Program-made: the position numbers and the translations under genes | The notes under the pieces: generated by a model | What the model saw: only the letters and a program-made list of their open reading frames with translations | Database searches by the model: none | What the model was told of the DNA's origin: nothing | In this document: piece after piece, positions 21,352-31,600 of the stretch | Layout: the number at the start of each line of letters is the position of its first letter | How positions within the stretch are numbered: position 1 is the stretch's first letter | Source of the DNA: a bacterium | GTDB lineage: Bacteria; Hinthialibacterota; Hinthialibacteria; Hinthialibacterales; Hinthialibacteraceae | Length of the DNA: 64,000 bases | Assembly (NCBI GenBank): GCA_963663405.2 | Contig: CAXXSM010000118.1 | Coordinates: forward strand, 1-64,000 | Direction: 5' to 3'

Positions 21352-23001
21352 GGGTGTAACTCGCGCTCCGCGCTATGCAGCCTGTTCCCAGATTTCATTG
21401 ATCATCTCTCGATATGGATATAACTTATGAACGTTTTCTTGAATACGATGGTCTTGGAAAGCCTCCCAATCGTCATTGAGAAAGACGGCTCGCAAGTCCA
21501 ACATGGCTTGAGCGCCTTCGGTCCGCCAACGCATTCCTGTTCCTTCCATTCGATCCTTGACTAAGTGACGGCAAGCCCCTTCGACCACCCCACTCCCGAT
21601 GGGATAGCCAAACGCTAAATAATAATCATAGCGCATATACTCTCGGTTATTTTCCAAATACGTAATCACGCGCTCCAGCTGTCTCTTTTTTCGCCCCCCC
21701 GCAGACCTCGCTTGGTTTCCCATTTGTCTCAAGCCCACCAATCACTCGGCCCACTTGCCCTTCGAGTAAACGAGTCAGACGGAGTTTCACGAATGTTTTC
21801 CGCTTCTTCACTCCCTTCCGGAACGAAACAATAGGCGGCGCTCCACAGGGCGTTCCATGACGTGATAAATATCGATGATGCAGACGGTAATCGACTTCAT
21901 AGGCTTCGGCTTTTTTCCACAAACGCCCCGTTCCCCGTCCATCAAACAAACGACCGCTTTATTTCCAGCTGCATTCCGGATGTTTCAGTTCCTCCGCAAA
22001 CCATTGGAAGATTCGATCTTTTCCGTTGCTCTCTTCGCCTTCCATCTCTCTTGTCAGTTCCGCCCGCATCTGTTTGTGGCGCGGAACGGGGCGGTTTGCG
22101 CTCTGCTCCTTCCGGAAGATTTCATTCACCACGTCCTCCGCCTGACGAGGAAACGGATCGATTGTATACACTGCGCCTACACACGCTTGACGCTTTTTAT
22201 TCGCCTTTTCTCCTCGTTTCCGTCTCCCCGGCTCAACCGTCTCTTCCCGCCGCATCGGTACTCCCTTCCCATCCGCCGTGAGAACTAGAATCGAGCCCTC
22301 TTCTTCCGCGGCGGGTGTGGGCTGCGCCCAGCGAAACGCTTCCACCTCTTGCGCCATGGCGCCGTTCATATATTCCAGACTGCGAACCGACTGGCCAATC
22401 CCCAATATCCGTTCCAAGGTTTGACTGGATTGCTGATAAGAGTTTTGCACACAAAACGCCTGCGACCATTCTTGGAGTAAAAAGGAAAAATCACTTTCGG
22501 GTAAATTCAGCCGGGCGTCCAACGGAACCACCTCATGTTTTTGGCTCTCGCGAGTTCCATAGACCGTTCGGTTAATCATGATTTCACCAAAGACGGATAC
22601 ATACCGCTTTTCGTATTGCGTGTCCAAGCGGCGTAAGGTTTTCCCGTCCGGCTCAATGGTAGGACCGAGGTCGCCCGTTCCTTGCCGGTCGATCGTCTCT
22701 TCCAGCATGATTCGGCCAAGATTCATAAGACCGCTCCATAGCTCTTTCTCGATTTGATCGATTGGGATTCCGTTTTCGGCTGCTTCTTTCACCTCATTCC
22801 ACAACGCGGCAAACTGATCTTTCGACTTGAAAATTTCTCGTTCTTGTTCCATCATCAACCTGGGGCCTCATTTCAGTCAGGATATACATTGTTTTCATGG
22901 ACTAATGTTATACCTGTTGAGGCCCTTTTTAACAAGTCATAAATTACACTAACTATAATATAATCAATACTTTATGAAATCGAGCTCCGCGGGTTACACC
23001 C
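21352..23001 (-). mobile_element. ISKra4-family-like insertion sequence, 1650 bp
   Basis: Terminal IRs gggtgtaactcgcg / cgcgggttacaccc; 9-bp direct repeat AATGAAAAT at 21343-21351 and 23002-23010. Confidence 0.9.
21373..22858 (-). pseudogene. ISKra4-like DDE transposase, frameshifted into at least three pieces
   Basis: VPLDARLNLP, TADGKGVPM, KKRQACVGAVYTI, and C-terminal YMRYDYYLAFGYPIGSGVVEGACRHLVKDRMEGTGMRW. Confidence 0.85.
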
Positions 23002-26000
23002 AATGAAAATCGTACAAGTGACGGTATTATTCTCGAATCCAAAGTGTATAATCGCGCTCTCAACCAAGAAGAAATAAAAATCAATTATAAAAACAACGCT
23101 TTATATCGCACATTTCCGGACGTACCAACGAAAACTGAAAAAGAAGCATCCATCCCCCTCTCAAACTCGCCTCCAAAAGCTCCAGGGATCTGGCGGTTCT
23201 GGACTTACATAGATGGCCTTTTTACAAACTTTTGCACTGGCGCATGGCAAGGCCCAACCGGTAATATTATTGTCTCTCATGGCGATGAATCCAATGACTA
23301 TTTTGATGGATACAAAATTTACCATTTTCCAAATCCTATGCACTACCCTTTAATACATGAACAACCAGAGAAGTTTTTTTGGTTGATGGGCGTTAAAGAA
23401 CCAGAACTTCTGCAGACTTATGATTTTACAAAGAATGAAGTAAATGGAGAATGGAAACAATATTCAATCTCTCCTCCCTTTTCAAGTTCAGCATTTTTCC
23501 AGTGGTTTGTCCCTCTGGATCAATTTCGAATCTTATATATTTCTCAAGATCAGCGGATCATGGAATTTAATACACAAACTCTTTCTTCTACACAAATCAT
23601 GAATGTAGCGGATACGAATGTAGGGAAAGCCTGGGGATTATCAATGGGGAATGATGACCGAACGGTTTGGGTCAGTGGACAAAATGGACTTGGAAAACTG
23701 ACTCCAGATTTTGGTTGGGAAGAACATCTACTAAAAGGACTGAATGGTCCGTGTATTTTTGAATATGAAATGGATACAGGGGATGTCGTTGGTTATCTTT
23801 TCAATGGCACTACTGAGGGAAATTGTATTTTGGGTGAATATACATCATTCTTGTTCAATGGGAAAAAATTTCTTACTCACTCAATAATGTATCCCCTAGT
23901 TTCACCTAAAATAGATTTAGTGAATCGAAAGCCTCTTGTGATTCGGCAAAAGGATCAATGCTATTCAATAGATGGACTTGGTAAAGATGAATACGGTTTA
24001 GATGAATTAATTGTTCGCGAAGAAAACGCTCTCTAGTTATCTCATAATATCGGAGGCGTTGCGCGCTATGCTCCCGCTATGTGGCAGACTCCACGTTGTT
24101 TAAGACACATTGACAAAAAGGCGCTTGCGATCCGAGAAGATAGACAAGGCAGTCTATGGGTGTGTTATGAGAATGGATTTTCACATTTTTCTGATCAAAA
24201 ATGGACTTTTCATCCCTCTCCAACTGGCTGGTATCCTTCTCACCAATTCGATATTGGAGTTTTACCTGGGGGAAAATTCTATTATTCTTGTTCTGCAATG
24301 ATCAAGGGATTTGATGTTGCAACACAACAATTCAATAGATTGTTTAAGCAGCAATCAACGAAGAGAATTCCGACTTGCTTTGGGCAGTTTAGCAAAGATA
24401 AACTGTGGATTACTAATGGAACATCAATGGGATTGTTTGATGGTGTCAATTTTGAACCTGTTTTTGATCTATCAGAAATACCTTTTATACATGAAAAAAT
24501 TGAGAGTTTAGCCTATCTACGATTTTACTTTTTTAATGATATCAAAAAGATCAAAAATGGTGATATATGGGTAGCTACAAGAGATGGAATTGATCGAATC
24601 CGGAATGGGAAACTCGTCCCTTTCGTAGAAAGTCAAAAATTGCATGTGATGTGGATTAAAAGAATACTCGAACTTGAAGACAATACAATCTATGCGAATT
24701 CAGGAAGCGCTATATACCAATTTGATGGAGATCGGTGGACAGTTTTACAAAAGGGATTTTATATTATCAATACAATGAAGCAATTTAAGGATGGAAGTGT
24801 ATGGGTCGGCGCCTGTGATGGTTTGCATCGTTTCTATAACGGTTCATGGTCTTCGTTCAATATAGAGGATGGTCTACCGAGTAATCAAATCTGGGATTTG
24901 CTCGAAGACAGCGAAGGGCGGATCTGGGCTGCGACAAGCAAGGGTGTCAGTCTCTATCATCCGGATTCTGATCCCGATAGTCCAGATACGTATGTTATTG
25001 ATCAAGGAAAACGTGTCTACGAAAACAGTATAATCGAAGAAGTGGCGCCGGATGGGAATATACGAATCGAATTCACGGGGATGGACAAATGGAAATATAC
25101 GGAAGTGGATCGGCTTTTGTATTCTTATAGGCTTGATGAAGATGAATGGTCGCCGTATAGTTCCCAAACGGTTGCTTCGATCACGGGTGTATCCCCGGGG
25201 ATACACCGTTTCCAAGTGAAAGCGATGGATCGTAATTGGAATAAGGATCTCACACCGGCGGTATGGAATTTTATGGTCATCCTACCCTGGTATAAGCAGC
25301 CGATATTTATAATCAGTCTCGCGGGGAGCGTCTTGATGATTCTCTTTCTTCTAATTCTTCACCTTCTTCGATACATCAATCAAGAAAAGATCATTTCGAA
25401 ACGGACATACGATTTAAGTCAGGCGCATGTAGAACTACAAACATACCAACAGCAACTTCGCTCTCTGGCGTCTAAAATGTCAATTATGGAAGAGCGCAGC
25501 AAGCGCGAAATCGCCTTTAAAATTCATGATCGGATCGGGCATACACTGGCGTTATGTCAAATGCGGATCGAGTCCCTTCAAAAGGAAGAGTGGGTCAAGT
25601 ATGACGACGATAACAGACTGACTGAAGTCCGCCAGACTGTGAAACAGATTATAGAAGAAACACGAGATCTTACAGTCGAAATCAGCCCACCGATTTTATA
25701 CGAACTGGGTCTTGAACAAACTCTCCGATGGTTGATCGAGCAAATGAATGAAAAATACGACATGCGTTTTGAATTAAATGTGGATCGACGCAGAATAGAA
25801 ATCGGTATGGATGAGCGAGGCCTTCTCTATAATTCGATCAAAGAACTATTGTTTAATGTCATTAAACATGCAAAGACTCAACATGCTCACGTTTCCATAT
25901 CAAGAGAAATTGATTCGATTCAAGTTCAAGTTTGTGACGATGGGATTGGATTCAGTATTGACGATCTTCAATCCACGATAATTGCTAAACAAAGTTTCGG

Positions 26001-26120
26001 CTTGTTTAGCATACGAGAGCGTATTGAATTTCTTGGCGGGACATTTCATTGCGAGTCAAACCAACACGCTGGAACAAAAGTAACGCTGGCATTACCACTA
26101 CAATCAAGGTAAAGAGTGAC

Positions 26121-26777
26121 ATGGGATTCAATATTCTTATTGCGGACGATCATCGGATATTACGAGAAAGTTTGCGGCGCGTTTTGGAGGATGAGCCGGA
26201 TATGAAGGTCATCGCCGAAGCGCAGGATGGTTCCGAAGCGGTCAATATGGCGAAAAAAACAAAACCCGATGTGATTCTGATGGATATCTCGATGCCTAAG
26301 TTGAATGGGATCGAAGCCGCGCGTAAGATCTTGCGAGAACAACCTTCTACAAAGATATTGATCTTATCCATGCATTCAAACAAGCAATTTATTGAGGATG
26401 CGTTCCAAGCCGGAATTCGCGGGTATCTATTGAAAAACTGCGCTATTTCAGAAGTTGTATCGGCTATCCATGTTCTGGAGAATGGACAATACTATATCAG
26501 TCCAGATATCGCTGGTGTAGTGATAGAAGATTTTATTCAATTCACGCCAGCTAAAAGTGATACGGATCCAAATGTGTTATCGAATCGAGAAAAAGAAATA
26601 CTGCAGCATATCGCCAATGGGGAAACGACAAAGAAGATCTCTCAATCTCTATATGTCAGTGAAAAAACAGTGGAAACGCATAGAAAACATATCATGAAAA
26701 AGTTACATTGCAGCAACCTGGCGGAATTAATCAAACAATCGATCCGCAAAGGTTACATTTCCATTGTTGAGGAATGA
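26121..26777 (+). CDS. NarL/LuxR-family response regulator
   Basis: ILIADDH, PDVILMDISMPKLNG receiver; LSNREKEIL..SEKTVETHRKHIMKKL LuxR HTH. Confidence 0.93.
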   Translation: MGFNILIADDHRILRESLRRVLEDEPDMKVIAEAQDGSEAVNMAKKTKPDVILMDISMPKLNGIEAARKILREQPSTKILILSMHSNKQFIEDAFQAGIRGYLLKNCAISEVVSAIHVLENGQYYISPDIAGVVIEDFIQFTPAKSDTDPNVLSNREKEILQHIANGETTKKISQSLYVSEKTVETHRKHIMKKLHCSNLAELIKQSIRKGYISIVEE

Positions 26778-26820
26778 AATTTATATCCATATACAATGAA
26801 CGATTCTTCACCTTTTACCG

Positions 26821-26905
26821 ATACCGTTTTTCCCTATCTCATACCGTCATTCCCCATAGCAATATACCTACTTTCCTCCGTTTTAAAATACCTAGAAACC
26901 CTAAT
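26821..26905 (+). promoter_or_regulatory. four phased ATACC-N5-(T/A)(T/C)CC repeats; candidate response-regulator operator
   Basis: ataccgtttttccct (26821), ataccgtcattcccc (26841), atacctactttcctc (26864), atacctagaaaccct (26888), spaced 20-24 bp, between the regulator and the next gene. Confidence 0.45.
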
Positions 26906-27023
26906 TGAAAATATTACTTATCCATTTTAGTATTCAAGTTGAACGTTAAAAGCGGGCATATTTATTTGTCAAAATGTGCAATTCCGCTAAAAAATTATTC
27001 TATGTTTTTAAAAGGAGAAGACT

Positions 27024-28022
27024 ATGTTGAGATCTGGATCAATAGTGATAGGGATCGTAATGGTGTGTGGTATTATTCAATCGATTCACGCGCAACAAGC
27101 AGAGAATCTTCTTGCTGTTCGTCAGGCCATTCAAGATGGATTTAACGCGCATGATCTCGATCAAGTGATATCGAATTTCACAGATGATTTCACGGCGGCG
27201 CATGGTTGGAATACCGAAATCAAAGACGCGCAAGGATTCAAAACAGGATGGGAAAATGTAATCGCAGCCTATCCTGATGTGAAATTCACGGAAGGGACTA
27301 TCCTTGTATCCGTTTCAGAAAAAATAGTCATCGAAGAAATGACCATGGAAGGGACCTTTACAAATGAATATAAAGGTATGCAGCCCACCGGCGAAAAATC
27401 AGCGACCCGATATTTAAATGTCTTGGAATTTGAAGGCGATAAAGTCAAACATCTGATGATGTACCTGGATCAACAAACGACTTTAATCAACGCAAAATTG
27501 ATGCCTCCTATGGAGATGCCTCCGGTGGAGCCATCATTTACTATACCCGATCCAGAACCCAGGCCGGGAATGACACCAATCGAACTCTTTCAGGATGGCA
27601 GTGTTTATTGGAATGCGCATGACGAACAGAACTGGATCAAAGGATATACCGAAGAAGCGGATATCTATGCGAATGTCGGTGGTGGTGGCACATTTACCCG
27701 TCTTGAAAATGCGGCGCTGATGACTCTGCATTGGACCGGCTTCCCCGACGCTCATTTTGAAATCGATCGTCTCATTGATATGGGTGACGGATGGGTACTT
27801 GCCGAGATGATCTTTCAGGGAACCCACACAGGTCCTTGGTTTGGGATTCCTGCGACAGGACATCCTTATAAGCAATTACCGATCGCGCAAATTATACACT
27901 ATAATTCTGAGGGTTTGGCTGTTTTTGATCACGCCTATTACGATAACTTATGGATCCTCTCCCAAATTGGTGTTTTTCCTCCGCGTTCCTCCCATGCGAA
28001 TCAGTGGAATTTGTATCGCTAA
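27024..28022 (+). CDS. secreted protein with two SnoaL/ester-cyclase-like (NTF2-fold) domains
   Basis: Signal peptide; AAYPDVKF..EGTFTNEYKGMQPTGEK and GFPDAHF..GTHTGPWFGIPATG; strong AGGAG RBS. Confidence 0.8.
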   Translation: MLRSGSIVIGIVMVCGIIQSIHAQQAENLLAVRQAIQDGFNAHDLDQVISNFTDDFTAAHGWNTEIKDAQGFKTGWENVIAAYPDVKFTEGTILVSVSEKIVIEEMTMEGTFTNEYKGMQPTGEKSATRYLNVLEFEGDKVKHLMMYLDQQTTLINAKLMPPMEMPPVEPSFTIPDPEPRPGMTPIELFQDGSVYWNAHDEQNWIKGYTEEADIYANVGGGGTFTRLENAALMTLHWTGFPDAHFEIDRLIDMGDGWVLAEMIFQGTHTGPWFGIPATGHPYKQLPIAQIIHYNSEGLAVFDHAYYDNLWILSQIGVFPPRSSHANQWNLYR

Positions 28023-28315
28023 AAATCAGTTTCATTTGTGTCTTACAGTGAAAGCAGTTAGGTTGGAAACGACGTTTATCAAGGAATAAATAGATGGTTT
28101 TTATATTATTTTGATAAGTTTATAGAAATTATTATGGCGCACTGATTTATTAAACAACTCAGCATTGGACGAAGCGGCTCCGCCGCAGAGTGTCGTACGC
28201 CGAATTTTCTAGTTGAACAATCCCCTTGCGAAATCTCCTGAGTTGTCATGTATTTCTTCTGAGAAGGCAGTGGCTGTAAGACTGCCAACCACTACTTATT
28301 TACAGGAGAAAGATC

Positions 28316-29163
28316 ATGAAATCATTACGGAAACGCATGATCGAAGACATGACGTTAGCAGGACTGAGCGAAGGCACGCAAAAAGCATACGTCCGAGCCG
28401 TCGCCTCATTCGCTCTAGAATTTGATTGCTCGCCAGAATGCATTAGCGAGGAACTCGTCCGGGTCTATTTACTGAATTTGCGAGACGTGAAGAAAGTCGC
28501 TCTCGGAACGTTTCAGGTCCACTACAGCGCGCTGAAATTTCTTTATCAAACCACGCTGGATCTGGGGTGGCCGTTGTTTGCAAAAAAAAGATTCGTAAGC
28601 CTCGCCAAAAGCGCCTGCCGCATTCATTAACCCATTCCCAAGTTCGCGCCCTCCTGGCCGCCGTCAGGAAAACGCCCTACCGGTTGGCTCTAACGTTGAT
28701 GTATGCGTGCGGCCTTCGGACCAGTGAAGTCATCTCTCTTCCGGTGCGGCAGATCGATTCCAACCAAATGAGTTTACGGATTATTGGGAAGGGCGATAAA
28801 GAGCGAATCGTTCCTCTCCCGGACACCTTGTTGGAGCCGATGCGTGAACTCTGGTTGATGCATCGCCATCCCACCTGGCTATTCCCCAACCAACAAGGCT
28901 CCAACCACATTCCCTCATCGACACTCGGCAAAGCGTTTCGCTTGGCCTGTAACGCTACCGGGCTGACAGACGATGTGAAGCCGCATTCGATGCGTCATTC
29001 GTTTGCCAGCAGATTGCTGGAGAACGGCGAAAGCCTGCGCGTTGTCCAGATTCTTCTCGGCCATTCCAGTATTCGTTCGACACAGATCTACACTCATTTG
29101 ACTGAGCCGCTTCGCCACGAGGCTCAGGATCGGATCAACGCCGTGTTCGCCGATCTGATGTGA
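28316..29163 (+). CDS. tyrosine recombinase: N-terminal SAM-like ORF (28316-28630) plus catalytic ORF (-1 frame, to 29163), joined at the A8 run 28582-28589
   Basis: LRKRMIEDMTLAGLSEGTQKAY SAM-like start; catalytic residues in YACGLR, GKGDKER, HSMRHSFA, LLGH, TQIYTH. Confidence 0.88.
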
Positions 29164-29172
29164 GGAGGAATC

Positions 29173-30339
29173 ATGAATTGCACTTCATCGAACCTCGAAC
29201 TCGGCGATGTGGTTCGCCGGTTTGGCCCGGCCTATATCCGGCAGCAAGGGAAGCGCCTTTTGCCCTCCCAGCGTAAAGCGCTGCACGATATCATGGCCTG
29301 TCATACGGCGGAACTGGGAGGGCATCGTTATCACTGTCAGGACTGCGGCGAAGACTTCTGGGTGTATCACGGGTGTGGCAATCGATCCTGTCCGTCCTGT
29401 CATTCCCAGGCGATGCGGCAATGGATCGAGAAGCGGGAAGACCAGATGCTTGGCTGCCGTTACTTTCATGTAATCGTAACAGTTCCGCAGTCTATCCGGG
29501 CGGCTTTCTTGGCTCATCAAAAGATTCTCTATGGGTTGCTGATGACGACGGCTGCTTCCTGTATCATGGATCTGATGCGCAATCCCCAAGTCGTTGGCGG
29601 GACCCCGGCGATCCTGGCCGTGCTGCACACTTGGCGGGGAGATCTGGAATTGCATCCACATGTCCATCTGTTGGTCAGCGCCGGCGCCGTGAGTGAGGAC
29701 GGCCACTCTTGGATGGAACTCCGCCACCCGAAATGGCTTCTCCATGTGGGAACGCTCAGCTTACTCGTTCGCCGGCGCTTTAAAGAACGGCTCGAAAAAG
29801 CGGCGCCGGAGATCTTCCAAGGCATCGAGACCAAGGTCTGGAATAGAGGCTGGAACTCGTTCTGCAAACCGTATGGCAAAGGCGTGAAAGCCATCTTGAA
29901 TTACCTGGGGCGCTATGTCTATCGCATCGCGATCTCCAACCACCGGCTTCTGGCAATGGACGCTACCCACGTGACGTTCCGCTACAAGACCTTCAAAGAG
30001 AAGCATTGGCGAACTCTCCGCTTGCCGGGCGAAGAATTTCTGCGGCGCTTCGTGATGCATGTGCTCCCCCGCGGCTTCCATAAAGTCCGCTACTATGGGC
30101 TGTGGCATCACTGTCATCGGGACACACGCAATCGAATCCGTTTGCTCCTCGCCCCCAAGGCGGAGAGCGTTTCTATTCCCGAATCGGTTGAGAATTCCAT
30201 CGTTTCAAAAGAGACCAACGACAAAGCAGTATTCGATCGGACCGGCCAAGAATCGGCGCCGGAATGGCCTAAATGTCCGCGTTGCAAAAGCTGTAACGTG
30301 ATTGTCATTGAAACCCTCAATCGGAATCGAAGCCCCTGA
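29173..30339 (+). CDS. IS91-family rolling-circle (Y2/HUH) transposase with N-terminal Zn-binding domain
   Basis: CHTAELGG..CQDC..CGNRSCPSC, HTW..LHPHVH (HUH), YLGRY (YxxxY), HVLPRGFHKVRYYG, C-terminal CPRC. Confidence 0.93.
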   Translation: MNCTSSNLELGDVVRRFGPAYIRQQGKRLLPSQRKALHDIMACHTAELGGHRYHCQDCGEDFWVYHGCGNRSCPSCHSQAMRQWIEKREDQMLGCRYFHVIVTVPQSIRAAFLAHQKILYGLLMTTAASCIMDLMRNPQVVGGTPAILAVLHTWRGDLELHPHVHLLVSAGAVSEDGHSWMELRHPKWLLHVGTLSLLVRRRFKERLEKAAPEIFQGIETKVWNRGWNSFCKPYGKGVKAILNYLGRYVYRIAISNHRLLAMDATHVTFRYKTFKEKHWRTLRLPGEEFLRRFVMHVLPRGFHKVRYYGLWHHCHRDTRNRIRLLLAPKAESVSIPESVENSIVSKETNDKAVFDRTGQESAPEWPKCPRCKSCNVIVIETLNRNRSP

Positions 30340-30534
30340 TCGATTCCGATTGTAAGCATCGCGATGGTAATATAAAGAAATTATAACTTTACGCGGGAAG
30401 ATTTTTTTACTTTTCTTGCCGTGAGGGGATTTCTATAGCTTCAAGAGGATTTTCTCTTTCTAAACTATCAACTTCTCTTCCTCAATTAAGCCGTTTCGCG
30501 AATAAATGGCGTGTTATTGGTTCTCACATTCCCC

Positions 30535-30605
30535 CCGCACTTCGTCCAATAGAGTTTGTATCTCGGCTTCGCTCGATAAAAACTCCTATCTATTGGACGA
30601 AGCGG
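30535..30605. other. junction hairpin (attC-like / oriIS-like recombination site), complete only between the two copies
   Basis: cttcgtccaataga (30540-30553) is the exact reverse complement of tctattggacgaag (30589-30602); inner stem gagtttgtatc/gataaaaactc has one mismatch. Confidence 0.7.
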
Positions 30606-30743
30606 CTCCGCCGCAGAGTGTCGTACGCCGAATTTTCTAGTTGAACAATCCCCTTGCGAAATCTCCTGAGTTGTCATGTATTTCTTCTGAGAAGGCAGTG
30701 GCTGTAAGACTGCCAACCACTACTTATTTACAGGAGAAAGATC

Positions 30744-31591
30744 ATGAAATCATTACGGAAACGCATGATCGAAGACATGACGTTAGCAGGACTGAGCGAA
30801 GGCACGCAAAAAGCATACGTCCGAGCCGTCGCCTCATTCGCTCTAGAATTTGATTGCTCGCCAGAATGCATTAGCGAGGAACTCGTCCGGGTCTATTTAC
30901 TGAATTTGCGAGACGTGAAGAAAGTCGCTCTCGGAACGTTTCAGGTCCACTACAGCGCGCTGAAATTTCTTTATCAAACCACGCTGGATCTGGGGTGGCC
31001 GTTGTTTGCAAAAAAAAGATTCGTAAGCCTCGCCAAAAGCGCCTGCCGCATTCATTAACCCATTCCCAAGTTCGCGCCCTCCTGGCCGCCGTCAGGAAAA
31101 CGCCCTACCGGTTGGCTCTAACGTTGATGTATGCGTGCGGCCTTCGGACCAGTGAAGTCATCTCTCTTCCGGTGCGGCAGATCGATTCCAACCAAATGAG
31201 TTTACGGATTATTGGGAAGGGCGATAAAGAGCGAATCGTTCCTCTCCCGGACACCTTGTTGGAGCCGATGCGTGAACTCTGGTTGATGCATCGCCATCCC
31301 ACCTGGCTATTCCCCAACCAACAAGGCTCCAACCACATTCCCTCATCGACACTCGGCAAAGCGTTTCGCTTGGCCTGTAACGCTACCGGGCTGACAGACG
31401 ATGTGAAGCCGCATTCGATGCGTCATTCGTTTGCCAGCAGATTGCTGGAGAACGGCGAAAGCCTGCGCGTTGTCCAGATTCTTCTCGGCCATTCCAGTAT
31501 TCGTTCGACACAGATCTACACTCATTTGACTGAGCCGCTTCGCCACGAGGCTCAGGATCGGATCAACGCCGTGTTCGCCGATCTGATGTGA
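30744..31591 (+). CDS. tyrosine recombinase, copy 2 (same -1 split at A8 31010-31017)
   Basis: Translations identical to those of 28316-29163. Confidence 0.88.
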
Positions 31592-31600
31592 GGAGGAATC

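Larger units (their letters stand above)
20692..26112 (+). pseudogene. large sensor histidine kinase (signal peptide, LamG, beta-propeller, Y_Y_Y-like domain, TM, NarX/HisKA_3-type kinase), interrupted by an IS and an in-frame TAG at 24034-24036
   Basis: Removing the IS and one TSD restores YRDSNENRTSDGIILESKVYNRAL. ORFs 23044 and 24079 share a frame. C-terminal ERSKREIAFKIHDRIGHTL, ELLFNVIKHA, DDGIGF, FGLFSIRER motifs. Confidence 0.85.
28164..30591 (+). mobile_element. IS91-like element with tyrosine recombinase, copy 1 (2428 bp)
   Basis: Directly repeated at 30592-33018; begins ATTGGACGAAGCGG, ends ...AAAAACTCCTATCT(ATT); encodes a recombinase and a Y2 transposase. Confidence 0.92.

Noticed and set aside
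19900-24036. Genome-wide TAG reassignment or pyrrolysine coding
   Set aside because: Several intact genes (hoxF, hoxY, PBP1A, 16767-18191, 60978-62348) end at TAG where expected, and no pyl genes are in the window
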